This document shows, piece after piece, positions 27,888-37,177 of a stretch of DNA of 64,000 nucleotides. The DNA lies in assembly GCA_045641985.1 (NCBI GenBank), contig JAZUHY010000033.1, positions 33,985 to 97,984 of the forward strand, given 5' to 3'. Under the pieces are notes generated by a model. The model saw only the letters and a list, made by a program, of their open reading frames with translations. It was not told the origin of the DNA and ran no database searches. Within the stretch, counting starts at the first letter, position 1. Each line of letters opens with the position of its first letter. The translations under genes were made by a program, and so were the position numbers. The DNA is from Candidatus Cryptobacteroides sp. (GTDB lineage Bacteria; Bacteroidota; Bacteroidia; Bacteroidales; UBA932).

Positions 27888-29735
27888 ATGCAACACAAAG
27901 TAATAGATGCTGGTGATGTTGTGATCAGATTTGCGGGGGACTCGGGAGACGGCATGCAGCTGACCGGGTCTCTTTTCGCAGATATGTCGGCAATCTACGG
28001 CAACGGGCTGTCCACGTTCCCGGACTATCCCGCGGAAATCCGGGCGCCTCACGGCACGGTTTCAGGAGTTTCCGGATTCCAGGTCCACATAGGCAGTACC
28101 GTTGTCAACACTCCGGGCGATATGTGTGATATGCTCATTGCGATGAATCCGGCTGCGCTCAAGGCAAATGCCAAATGGTGCAAGCGTCACGCAATGATTC
28201 TCATCGATGAGGACGCATTCGACGAAGCCGGTATGAAGAAGGCCGGTTTCAAGACGGACAACCCTTTCACGGAGCTTTCAGTAGAGGACAGAACCATCAT
28301 TGTGGCCCCCATCACAACGATGACGAAGGAGAGTCTGAAGGACAGCGGAATGGACCAGAAAGCCATTCTCAAATGCAAGAATATGTTCACACTCGGCATT
28401 GCCTGCTACATTTTCAACAGACCGCTGGAACCGATATTCAGCTATCTTGAGAAGAAATTTGCCGCGAAGCATCCGGAAGTGATAGAACCCAACAAGAAAG
28501 TAATTCAGGACGGTGTCAACTATGCGGCCAACGTGCAGGCAATTGCCAATACCTACACCATTGAGCCCGTCAAGTCCGCCAAGAAGGGTACCTACCGCAA
28601 CATTACCGGAAACCAGGCGGTTGCGTGGGGGCTTCTTGCCGCATCGGAGAAATCCGGGCTGCCCCTTTTCTGCGGCTCATATCCCATTACCCCGGCTACG
28701 GCCATCCTTGAGGAACTTGCCGTTCATAAGAGTCTCGGGGCCAAGACCCTTCAGGCAGAAGACGAGATTGCCGGAATCTGTACGGCCATCGGAGCATCTT
28801 TTGCCGGCAATCTTGCCGTGACTACAACCTCCGGACCCGGACTGTCTCTCAAGTCGGAGGCTCTCGGACTTGCAGTGATGGCTGAACTGCCTCTGGTCGT
28901 GGTTGATGTCCAGCGTGGCGGTCCTTCGACCGGCCTGCCCACCAAGACGGAGCAGACCGACCTCAATCAGGCCCTTTACGGAAGGAACGGAGAGTGCCCC
29001 ATCCCTGTGGTATGCGCTCATTCTCCTGCGAACTGCTTCTTCGCCGCTTTCCAGGCGGCTAAGATTGCCCTCGAGCATATGACTCCCGTTATCCTTCTTT
29101 CCGAAGGTTTCCTTGGAAACGGCAGTGAACCCTGGCTCATACCGTCAATGTCGGAATATCCGGAAATCAATCCTCCTTTCGCTACAGGGGCGATGGCATC
29201 CGGCGAAAGATTTCATCCTTTTGAGAGGGACCCGAAGACGCTGGTGCCAAAGTGGGCAATCCCCGGGCAGAAGGGATATGAGCACAGAGTGGGCGGATTG
29301 GAAAAGACCCACGAAGGAGTGTTGTCCACAGATCCGCTGAATCACGAGACTATGGTCCGTGAAAGGGCTGAGAAGGTAGCGCGGATAGCCGACGACATTC
29401 CCGAGCTCAAAGTTCGCGGAGCCGAATCGGGCAAACTGCTGGTTGTAGGCTGGGGCGGTACGTACGGTCATATATCGAGTGCCATACACGACCTTCAGGA
29501 GGAGGGGGTGGCGGTATCCTATGCGCATTTTGACTTCATCAACCCTCTGCCCGCCAATACGGAGAAAGTTTTTTCCGGATTCGACAGGATTCTGGTTTGC
29601 GAATTGAACTCCGGCCAGTTTGCCGACTACCTCCGCGCAAAATTCCCGGGGAAGCATTTCATCAAGTTCAACAAGATTCAGGGACAGCCTTTCCTTGTAG
29701 AGGAAATCACATCCGCTGTCAGAAAGGAGATATAG
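27888..29735 (+). CDS. korA: 2-oxoacid:ferredoxin oxidoreductase alpha(gamma) subunit (KorA-like)
   Basis: RFAGDSGDGMQ, YPITPAT, QAEDEIA, TSGPG, QRGGPSTG.PT. Substrate (2-oxoglutarate) is inferred. Confidence 0.9.
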   Translation: MQHKVIDAGDVVIRFAGDSGDGMQLTGSLFADMSAIYGNGLSTFPDYPAEIRAPHGTVSGVSGFQVHIGSTVVNTPGDMCDMLIAMNPAALKANAKWCKRHAMILIDEDAFDEAGMKKAGFKTDNPFTELSVEDRTIIVAPITTMTKESLKDSGMDQKAILKCKNMFTLGIACYIFNRPLEPIFSYLEKKFAAKHPEVIEPNKKVIQDGVNYAANVQAIANTYTIEPVKSAKKGTYRNITGNQAVAWGLLAASEKSGLPLFCGSYPITPATAILEELAVHKSLGAKTLQAEDEIAGICTAIGASFAGNLAVTTTSGPGLSLKSEALGLAVMAELPLVVVDVQRGGPSTGLPTKTEQTDLNQALYGRNGECPIPVVCAHSPANCFFAAFQAAKIALEHMTPVILLSEGFLGNGSEPWLIPSMSEYPEINPPFATGAMASGERFHPFERDPKTLVPKWAIPGQKGYEHRVGGLEKTHEGVLSTDPLNHETMVRERAEKVARIADDIPELKVRGAESGKLLVVGWGGTYGHISSAIHDLQEEGVAVSYAHFDFINPLPANTEKVFSGFDRILVCELNSGQFADYLRAKFPGKHFIKFNKIQGQPFLVEEITSAVRKEI

Positions 29736-29738
29736 ATT

Positions 29739-30758
29739 ATGGCAAATCTGACATCAAAGGATTTCAAGAGCGATCAGGAGGTGCGCTGGTGTCCGGGTTG
29801 CGGCGACCACGCCGTGCTTGCGGCCCTGCAACGTGCGCTTCCGAAGGTAAGCCAGGCTCTCAACTATGACAAGGAACGTTACGTCATCGTTTCCGGAATA
29901 GGATGCTCGTCACGCCTGCCCTATTATATGGATACTTTCGGTTTTCACAGCATTCACGGGCGGGCCACGGCAATCAGCACCGGCATCAAGGTGGCCAATC
30001 CCTGGCTCACCGTCTGGCAGGCCTGCGGTGACGGTGACGCCCTGGCAATCGGAGGAAACCATTTCATCCACGCCATCCGCAGGAATATCGACATCAACGT
30101 CATACTGTTCAACAATCAGATCTACGGCCTGACAAAGGGGCAGTACAGCCCGACGTCCAAGTTCGGAGCCATAACGAAGACTTCGCCCTACGGTACGGTG
30201 GAGCATCCCTTCAATCCCGGGTCCCTGGTTCTGGGAGCCAAGGGCACCTTCTTTGCCCGCTCTCTGGACGTGGAGCTTGCCCTCAACGAGGAGATTATGA
30301 CAGCGGCGGCCCTCCACGACGGATGCTCCGTGATGGAGATGCTTACCAACTGCGTGATTTTCAATGACGGGGCGCACAAGAGTCTGTCGGACCCCGCCGT
30401 CAGGGCAGACCATACCATCATCCTCAGGGACGGGGAGAAAATGGTATTCGGACGCGACAGGGACCGCGGCCTGGTGTTCGACGGCAGGAAAATCCGTGCC
30501 GTGCGCATCGGCGAGGGCGGGTACACGATTGACGACATTATGGTTCACGATTCCCATTCGGACGACATCGGTCTGCATATGGCTCTTGCCGAGATGAAGG
30601 GGCCGGACTATCCGGTGGCTCTCGGTGTCATCCGGGACGTGAAGGACATCACATACGACGACGGTGTCCGTGACCAGGTCAAGGAGGTTATGACAAAATC
30701 CAGGATTCATTGCGTGGATGACCTCCTCCACAGCGGCAGCACCTGGGAAGTGAAATAA
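29739..30758 (+). CDS. korB: 2-oxoacid:ferredoxin oxidoreductase beta subunit (KorB-like)
   Basis: RWCPGCGD, SGIGCS, TPP-binding GDGDA..NN, YGLTKGQ.SPT. Confidence 0.9.
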   Translation: MANLTSKDFKSDQEVRWCPGCGDHAVLAALQRALPKVSQALNYDKERYVIVSGIGCSSRLPYYMDTFGFHSIHGRATAISTGIKVANPWLTVWQACGDGDALAIGGNHFIHAIRRNIDINVILFNNQIYGLTKGQYSPTSKFGAITKTSPYGTVEHPFNPGSLVLGAKGTFFARSLDVELALNEEIMTAAALHDGCSVMEMLTNCVIFNDGAHKSLSDPAVRADHTIILRDGEKMVFGRDRDRGLVFDGRKIRAVRIGEGGYTIDDIMVHDSHSDDIGLHMALAEMKGPDYPVALGVIRDVKDITYDDGVRDQVKEVMTKSRIHCVDDLLHSGSTWEVK

Positions 30759-30776
30759 CAGAACAATGATTATATT

Positions 30777-32120
30777 ATGAAGACATCTGAAATAATGGCC
30801 CGTCTGCGGGCAAAGTATCCTGGGGAGAACGAATATCTCCAGGCTGTGCAGGAAGTTTTGGAAAGCATAGAGGATGTATATAACGAGCATCCTGAATTTG
30901 AAAAGGCGAAGATAGTGGAGAGGATGGTTGAACCCGACCGCATCTTCAGTTTCCGCGTTACCTGGATAGATGACAAGGGTGAGGTGCAGACCAACACAGG
31001 ATACCGCATCCAGTTCAACAGCGCCATAGGCCCCTACAAAGGCGGCCTCCGTTTCCACAAGGCCGTTACGCCCTCAATGCTCAAGTTCCTCGGCTTCGAG
31101 CAGACTTTCAAGAATGCCCTCACCACTCTCCCTATGGGCGGCGCGAAGGGCGGCTCCGATTTCGACCCCGTGGGCAAGAGCAATGCTGAAATTATGCGCT
31201 TCTGTCAGGCGTTTATGCTGGAACTCTGGCAGTGCATAGGTCCGGACCAGGACATCCCCGCCGGAGATGTGGGTGTGGGAGGCCGTGAGATAGGATATCT
31301 CTACGGAATGTACAAGAAACTCGCGCGCGAGTACAACACCGGTGTCCTCACCGGAAAGGGAGCAACTTGGGGAGGCTCCATCCTCCGTCCTGAAGCCACC
31401 GGCTTCGGTGCTCTCTATTTTACCCAGAATCTTCTTCACAAGGCGGGGAAGGACATCAAGGGGTGCAGGGTCGCAATCAGCGGCTTCGGCAACGTGGCCT
31501 GGGGTGCCTGCACCAAGGCTACCGAACTCGGAGCGAAGGTTGTGGCTGTTTCCGGTCCCGACGGAGTGTGTGAGATTCCCGACGGCATTACGCCGGAGAT
31601 GATTGCCTATATGCTTGAGATGCGTGCCTCCAACCGCAACAAGGTGCAGGATATGGCGGACAAGTTCCCCGGACAGGCAAAGTTCGTCGCCGGCAAGAAG
31701 GCTTGGAGCGTCAAATGCGATATTGCCCTTCCCTGCGCCTTCCAGAACGAATTGTCGGAGGATGATGCGAAGGAACTCAAGGCCAACGGAACCTGGTGCT
31801 GCTGCGAGGTTTCCAATATGGGATGCCAGCCCGGCGCCATCCGCTACTTCCAGAACAACGGAGTGCTTTTCGCTCCGGGAAAGGCTGTCAACGCGGGCGG
31901 AGTGGCCACTTCCGGTCTGGAGATGACGCAGAACGCCAGTCATATCAGCTGGAGCGGCAGGGAAGTGGACGAGAAACTTCATTTCATTATGGACAGCATT
32001 CACGAAGCCTGCGTGAAATACGGCACGCAGCCTGACGGCACTGTGGATTACGTGAAAGGAGCGAATATCGCCGGCTTTATGAAGGTCGCCACGGCAATGC
32101 TCGAACAAGGAATAGTATAG
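30777..32120 (+). CDS. gdh: Glutamate dehydrogenase, intact, with NAD-type fingerprint
   Basis: GPYKGGLRF, FKNAL, GGAKGG, PAGD, RPEATG, NAGGV. GFGNVA and SGPDG match the NAD-preferring clostridial/Porphyromonas type. Confidence 0.95.
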   Translation: MKTSEIMARLRAKYPGENEYLQAVQEVLESIEDVYNEHPEFEKAKIVERMVEPDRIFSFRVTWIDDKGEVQTNTGYRIQFNSAIGPYKGGLRFHKAVTPSMLKFLGFEQTFKNALTTLPMGGAKGGSDFDPVGKSNAEIMRFCQAFMLELWQCIGPDQDIPAGDVGVGGREIGYLYGMYKKLAREYNTGVLTGKGATWGGSILRPEATGFGALYFTQNLLHKAGKDIKGCRVAISGFGNVAWGACTKATELGAKVVAVSGPDGVCEIPDGITPEMIAYMLEMRASNRNKVQDMADKFPGQAKFVAGKKAWSVKCDIALPCAFQNELSEDDAKELKANGTWCCCEVSNMGCQPGAIRYFQNNGVLFAPGKAVNAGGVATSGLEMTQNASHISWSGREVDEKLHFIMDSIHEACVKYGTQPDGTVDYVKGANIAGFMKVATAMLEQGIV

Positions 32121-32123
32121 CAT

Positions 32124-33239
32124 ATGGATGAAAAAACAGCTTTTATTAATGGATTTCTAGACAATTTCGACGCACTCAATCCTGGAGAAACGGTCTTCAG
32201 ACAGGCTGTGGCTCTCTCTTTGGAAGCCGTCGCTCCGTACATTCTCGAACATCCCTCCGTGGAGGACCAGAACGTTATGGACAGGCTCGCAGAGCCGGAA
32301 CTCGCGGCGTCGTTCAGGGTTGTCTGGCTGGATGACGAAGGCGAGCCCAGAGTCAACAGGGGATTCTTTGTGAGGATGAACTCTGCCTTGGGCAAATGCC
32401 GCGGAAGGCTGCGTTTCCATAGTGACGTCAATATGGACGTTGTGAAGTACCTGGCTTACGAACAGGCCTTCAGTAATGCGCTTGCCCGGACTCCCGCCGG
32501 CGGATGCGCCGCCGGATCCGATTTCTCCGTCCGAGGCAAGTCCGACACGGAGGTGATGAACTTCTGCCAGAGCTTCATTACGGAACTGCAGAAATACTGC
32601 GGCTCCTCGGAGTTTACTGCGGAAGTGGGCGTGAGCGAGAGGGAGACCGGCTTCATCTTCGGGCAGCTCCGGCGACTGAAGGGAGAGGGTGCCGGCAGGC
32701 TGAGTACATTGGACACCGATGCCTGCGTTGTGCCTGAAAGCCTTTCCGGCAAGACGGTTGCCCTGTCCGGTTCAGGCAAGACAGCCCAGTACGTGGCATC
32801 GGAACTTGTGGCTTCCGGAGCCAGGGTTGTGGCACTGTCCGATTCCGAAGGTTTCGTTTATGACCGTGCCGGTATGGATGAGACTAAACTTGCCTATGTC
32901 GCGGAACTCAAGAACGTTTTCCACGGCTCTCTCAAGCGTTATGTCGAGAAATATCCCCAGGCCGAATACTTCTCGGGAGAGCATCCCTGGAGCGTGAAAT
33001 GCGATGCCGTCATAGCCTGCGCCTGCCAGAACGAGATAAATGCCGACGAGGCGAAAAAACTGCTGAAGAACGGCTGCACCCTGGTGGACGAGCTTTCGGG
33101 AATGTCCTCCTCCGCCGAGGCTTCGGCCGTGTTCGCCGCATCGGGAATCACATATATGTCCTCCTGCCTCTGTGGCGAGAAGTGCCTGAAAGCCTTCTCC
33201 CGGATTGCAGAGGCGATGCTTTCACAGGGACTTGTATAA
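32124..33239 (+). CDS. Glutamate dehydrogenase homologue lacking catalytic residues (putative pseudo-enzyme)
   Basis: Aligns to GDH along its length but has YKGG>CRGR, FKN>FSN and GAKGG>GCAAG. The RPEATG and NAGGV segments are deleted in-frame. The ORF is uninterrupted at 371 aa. Confidence 0.85.
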   Translation: MDEKTAFINGFLDNFDALNPGETVFRQAVALSLEAVAPYILEHPSVEDQNVMDRLAEPELAASFRVVWLDDEGEPRVNRGFFVRMNSALGKCRGRLRFHSDVNMDVVKYLAYEQAFSNALARTPAGGCAAGSDFSVRGKSDTEVMNFCQSFITELQKYCGSSEFTAEVGVSERETGFIFGQLRRLKGEGAGRLSTLDTDACVVPESLSGKTVALSGSGKTAQYVASELVASGARVVALSDSEGFVYDRAGMDETKLAYVAELKNVFHGSLKRYVEKYPQAEYFSGEHPWSVKCDAVIACACQNEINADEAKKLLKNGCTLVDELSGMSSSAEASAVFAASGITYMSSCLCGEKCLKAFSRIAEAMLSQGLV

Positions 33240-33251
33240 TTATATGAAATT

Positions 33252-35351
33252 ATGAAAACTTCAATTATTGTGGCGGCGGCCTGTGTGGCGCTGCTCAGTT
33301 CGTGTAAAATGGAAAACCCGCTTCTGAGCGAGTCGCCGCTTCCTTATGGCGCCCCGCAGTTCGACAAGATTAAGAATGAGCATTATCTCCCCGCTTTCGA
33401 GCAGGGCATAAAGGAGGGAAAGGCTGAGATTGATGCCATCGTTGCCAATCCTGATGCTCCCACATTCGAAAATACAATCGTGGCTTTGGAGGAGAGTGGC
33501 AGTACTTTGAGCAGGGTCTCGGGTATTTTCTACAATCTGATGGAGGCCGACACCGATGACGAAAAGCAGGAGATTGCGGAAAAGGTGTCTCCTATGATGA
33601 CTGAGTACTCTATGTATATCTCGCTCAACGAAGGCCTCTTCTCAAGGGTGAAGGCTGTGTATGAGCAGAGGGAAAGTCTCGGTCTTGACAGAGATCAGAT
33701 GAGACTTCTCGAGAAGACATACAAGGGCTTCGTCCGCGGCGGAGCAAACCTCAGCCCGGAGGACAAGGAGACGTACAGCAAATTGAACGAACAGTTGTCC
33801 CTTCTTGAACTCAAGTTCGGAAAGAATTCCCTTGCCGCCACAAATGCATTCAAGCTGAATCTGACTGATGAGGCTGACTTGGAAGGATTGCCGCAGTTCG
33901 TAAGGGATATGGGAGCCGCCACAGCGAAGGAGAATGGTCAGCAGGGATGGACCTTTGACCTGACCCATCCCAGTTACAGTCCGTTTATGCAGTACAGCTC
34001 CCGCAGGGATCTCAGGAAAACGCTTTATATGGCTTCTGCCACCAAGGCTGTAGGCGGTGAATTTGACAATACCGCCGTGTGCAAGGAAATTGTCGGTCTC
34101 AGAATTCAGATTGCCAATCTGCTGGGATACAAGACTTACGCCGACTATGCGGTGGAAAGCAGGATGGTGGGTTCCGTGGACCGTGTGCATTCGTTTATGA
34201 AGGAGCTTCTCGATCCGTCACTCCCGTCTGCACGCGCCGAGGTGGCCGCAGTGCTCAAGTATGCCAAGGCCAATGGATTCGAGGACAACGAACTTCAGCC
34301 CTGGGACTTTTCCTATTGGTCCGAGAAGTACAAGGATGCGCATTACGCCCTCAATGACGAAATTCTCAAGCCTTACTTCAAGCTGGAGGACTGCATAGAT
34401 GCGGTGTTCGGGCTTGCCACAAGACTGTTCGGCATCAGTTTCGAGGAGAGGACGGACATTCCCGTGTATCATAAGGACGTGAAGGTTTATGACGTGAAGG
34501 ATGCAGACGGGCGTCATCTGGCATTGTATTATGTGGATTTCTTCCCCCGCGCCTCCAAGAGGTCGGGAGCCTGGATGACCGAGTTCCGCGGGCAGAGCAT
34601 AAGGGACGGCGTCGAGTACCGTCCGTTCGTGAGCATCGTCACCAATTTCAGCAAGCCCACGGAGACTGCCCCTTCGCTTCTGACGCATTACGAGCTGACC
34701 ACATTTATGCACGAGTTCGGACATTCCCTTCACGGGATGTTGACGGAAGGACGCTACGAATCCCTCGCCGGCACCAACGTGGACCACGATTTTGTGGAAC
34801 TGCCTTCACAGATAATGGAGAACTGGGGCTATGAGAAAGACTTCCTCAAGCCCTTCGCAAAGCATTACGAAACCGGTGAAGTGATTCCCGATGAGCTGAT
34901 AGACAAGATTATTGCCTCGCAGAACTATCTGGCCGCCTACCTTCAGGTACGCCAGCTTCAGTTCGGTACCATAGATATGGCGTGGCATACACTCACCTCG
35001 CTGCCCGAAGACGGCACCGTCGAGTTCGAACGCAAGGCTGTGGAGCCACTTCTCACCTTGCCTGCCGTGGAAGGAGCCTGCTCCTCCACAACTTTCGGCC
35101 ATATATTCTCCAACAACTACTGCGCGGGTTACTACTCCTACAAGTGGGCCGAGGTGCTGGCCGCCGATGCCTACTCCCTTTTTGAGGAGAAAGGCATCTT
35201 CAACACCGAAGTGTCCGGTTCTTTCCGCGAAAACGTCCTTTCGAAGGGGAGCACCGAGGAGGAAGCCGTACTCTACCGCAGGTTCCGCGGACATGACCCG
35301 GAGCCGAAGGCTCTGCTGGTGAAACTCGGAATAGTTGCTCCGGCCAGATAG
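33252..35351 (+). CDS. dcp: M3 family metallopeptidase (peptidyl-dipeptidase Dcp-like), lipoprotein
   Basis: Lipobox LLSSC, KRSGAWM, HEFGH, VELPSQ.MENW, AGYYSYKWAEVL. Confidence 0.93.
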   Translation: MKTSIIVAAACVALLSSCKMENPLLSESPLPYGAPQFDKIKNEHYLPAFEQGIKEGKAEIDAIVANPDAPTFENTIVALEESGSTLSRVSGIFYNLMEADTDDEKQEIAEKVSPMMTEYSMYISLNEGLFSRVKAVYEQRESLGLDRDQMRLLEKTYKGFVRGGANLSPEDKETYSKLNEQLSLLELKFGKNSLAATNAFKLNLTDEADLEGLPQFVRDMGAATAKENGQQGWTFDLTHPSYSPFMQYSSRRDLRKTLYMASATKAVGGEFDNTAVCKEIVGLRIQIANLLGYKTYADYAVESRMVGSVDRVHSFMKELLDPSLPSARAEVAAVLKYAKANGFEDNELQPWDFSYWSEKYKDAHYALNDEILKPYFKLEDCIDAVFGLATRLFGISFEERTDIPVYHKDVKVYDVKDADGRHLALYYVDFFPRASKRSGAWMTEFRGQSIRDGVEYRPFVSIVTNFSKPTETAPSLLTHYELTTFMHEFGHSLHGMLTEGRYESLAGTNVDHDFVELPSQIMENWGYEKDFLKPFAKHYETGEVIPDELIDKIIASQNYLAAYLQVRQLQFGTIDMAWHTLTSLPEDGTVEFERKAVEPLLTLPAVEGACSSTTFGHIFSNNYCAGYYSYKWAEVLAADAYSLFEEKGIFNTEVSGSFRENVLSKGSTEEEAVLYRRFRGHDPEPKALLVKLGIVAPAR

Positions 35352-35357
35352 ACGGCC

Positions 35358-35409
35358 GGTAGTGCTTGCCGAAGCGTTCGAAGGTGGCCTTTTCGAGGGC
35401 CTCGCGGTC
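35358..35409. repeat. Left copy of a 52-bp direct repeat (orphan copy of the CoA-transferase 3' end)
   Basis: 47/52 identical to 37192-37243. The minus strand reads DREALEKATFERFGKHY. Confidence 0.92.
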
Positions 35410-35423
35410 ATGGGCCCTTTTGC

Positions 35424-35448
35424 GTCATTGCGGGCCCGACCCGCAATC
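35424..35448. repeat. REP-like palindrome GTCATTGCGGG-CCCGA-CCCGCAATC
   Basis: Perfect 8-bp stem ATTGCGGG/CCCGCAAT with a 5-nt loop, preceded by GTC. Only one copy seen in the window. Confidence 0.5.
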
Positions 35449-35467
35449 CCCTGATGAAAGAGATCCT

Positions 35468-35509
35468 GGCACTTGCGCGCAGTCACCGGCGCAAGTGCCG
35501 ACTTTTTTT
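35468..35509 (+). terminator. Intrinsic terminator (ends the dcp transcript upstream of the ATPase promoter)
   Basis: 11-bp stem GGCACTTGCGC/GCGCAAGTGCC, 10-nt loop, then a T7 run. Confidence 0.85.
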
Positions 35510-35535
35510 GTTTTGCAATTGTGAAAACGAAGAAT

Positions 35536-35543
35536 TAACTTTG
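35536..35543 (+). promoter_or_regulatory. -7 box of the ATPase-nuclease gene
   Basis: TAACTTTG, 6 nt before the ATG at 35550. Confidence 0.7.
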
Positions 35544-35549
35544 CAGGGT

Positions 35550-37118
35550 ATGGAAACACGGACACAGCTTCGCAACCTGCCCATCGGCATCCAGAACTTC
35601 GAGAGCCTGAGAAACGATGGATACCTTTACGTTGACAAGACGGAACAGATATACAGGCTCGTCACTACGGGGAGGTACTATTTTATCTCCCGTCCGCGCA
35701 GGTTCGGGAAGAGCCTTCTGATGAGTACGATTCATTCGTTTTTCAGTGGCAGGAAGGACCTTTTCGAGGGCTTGGCCGTTGCCTCCAAGCCGGACGTCAC
35801 CTGGGAGAAGCACCCGGTGTTGCATCTGGACCTGAACGCACAGGAATATGCCACAAAGGAAAAATTGCAGTATGTGTTGAATGAATTCCTTCTTCTTCAC
35901 GAGCGGCGTTACGATATTGACAGTGATAAGAGTGACAATTTCGGCCCGCGTTTTTCAAATGTCATCCGTCGCGCTTTCGAAAAGACCGGCCGCAAGGTTG
36001 TGATACTGGTTGACGAGTACGACAAGCCTATGCTTCAGGCCATCGGCAATCCGGAGTTGCAGGAAGCATACCGCGCTACGCTGAAGGGCTTCTACGGGGC
36101 CCTCAAGTCGATGGACGGCTGCATAAGGTTTGCCCTTCTGACGGGCGTGACGAAGTTCGGCAAGGTGAGCGTGTTCAGCGACCTGAACAATCTCAACGAC
36201 ATCTCGATGGATGCTGAGTTCTATGATGTCTGCGGCATCACTGAAGGAGAACTGCGCACTCAGTTTGTCCCGGAGATCAAACAGCTGGCCGAAAAATACG
36301 GCATCACGGAGGACGAGTGTCTGACGGCTCTCCGGGAAAAGTATGACGGATATCACTTTGAAGAATCTGTCCCCGGCGTCTATAACCCGTTCAGCCTGCT
36401 CAACGCATTCTATAAAAAGAAATTCGGCAGCTACTGGTTCGAGACCGGCACTCCGACCTATCTTGTGGAACTGCTGCAGGAACGCGACTATGACCTCGAA
36501 AAGATGTCGCGCGTAACGGCCGACGCTGACGAGCTGAACAGCATCGACTCGACATCTACCAATCCGATACCCGTGATTTACCAGAGCGGATACCTCACCA
36601 TCAAGGGATTTGACCCGGAGTTCGGCACCTATACGCTGGGCTTTCCAAACGCCGAAGTGGAGGAAGGCTTTACCAAATTTCTGATGCCCAGCTATATCCA
36701 CCGTCAGGAGAACCGTTCGCCGTTCCTGATAAACAATTTTGTGGAGGATGTGAGAAACGGCAACACGGAACAGTTCATAGGACGCCTCCGCTCCCTTTTC
36801 GCCGACACCCCCTATGAGATAATCCGCAATATGGAGACCCACTACCGCAACGTGGTGTGGCTTCTATTCAAGCTGATGGGCTTCTACACCCAGGCCGAGT
36901 ACCGCACCAGCGAGGGACGCATAGACCTCGTGGTAAAGACCCCGAAGTTCTGCTATGTGCTGGAGTTCAAGCTCGACGGCACCGCCGAAGAGGCTCTGGC
37001 CCAGATTCAGGACAAGAACTACACCCTTCCCTTCGCCGTCGAGGACCAGCAGATTGTCCGCATCGGCATCAACTTCGACTCCGCCACCCGCAACATCGGC
37101 AAGGTCCTCGTCGGGTAA
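35550..37118 (+). CDS. AAA-ATPase-like protein with a C-terminal PD-(D/E)XK nuclease domain (Bacteroidales 'ATP-binding protein')
   Basis: LPIGIQNFE, YVDKT, Walker A RPRRFGKS, Walker B ILVDEYD, YDGYHF, YNPFS, WFETGTP, nuclease GRIDL..LEFK. Confidence 0.93.
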   Translation: METRTQLRNLPIGIQNFESLRNDGYLYVDKTEQIYRLVTTGRYYFISRPRRFGKSLLMSTIHSFFSGRKDLFEGLAVASKPDVTWEKHPVLHLDLNAQEYATKEKLQYVLNEFLLLHERRYDIDSDKSDNFGPRFSNVIRRAFEKTGRKVVILVDEYDKPMLQAIGNPELQEAYRATLKGFYGALKSMDGCIRFALLTGVTKFGKVSVFSDLNNLNDISMDAEFYDVCGITEGELRTQFVPEIKQLAEKYGITEDECLTALREKYDGYHFEESVPGVYNPFSLLNAFYKKKFGSYWFETGTPTYLVELLQERDYDLEKMSRVTADADELNSIDSTSTNPIPVIYQSGYLTIKGFDPEFGTYTLGFPNAEVEEGFTKFLMPSYIHRQENRSPFLINNFVEDVRNGNTEQFIGRLRSLFADTPYEIIRNMETHYRNVVWLLFKLMGFYTQAEYRTSEGRIDLVVKTPKFCYVLEFKLDGTAEEALAQIQDKNYTLPFAVEDQQIVRIGINFDSATRNIGKVLVG

Positions 37119-37121
37119 GAC

Positions 37122-37156
37122 AATAATGGGATGGCTTTTTTAGTCATCCCATTATT
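37122..37156. terminator. Hairpin between the convergent ATPase and CoA-transferase genes
   Basis: AATAATGGGATGGC / GTCATCCCATTATT stem (one G-T pair) with AT-rich flanks. Confidence 0.75.
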
Positions 37157-37177
37157 ATTGTTGTTATTGATTGTGAA

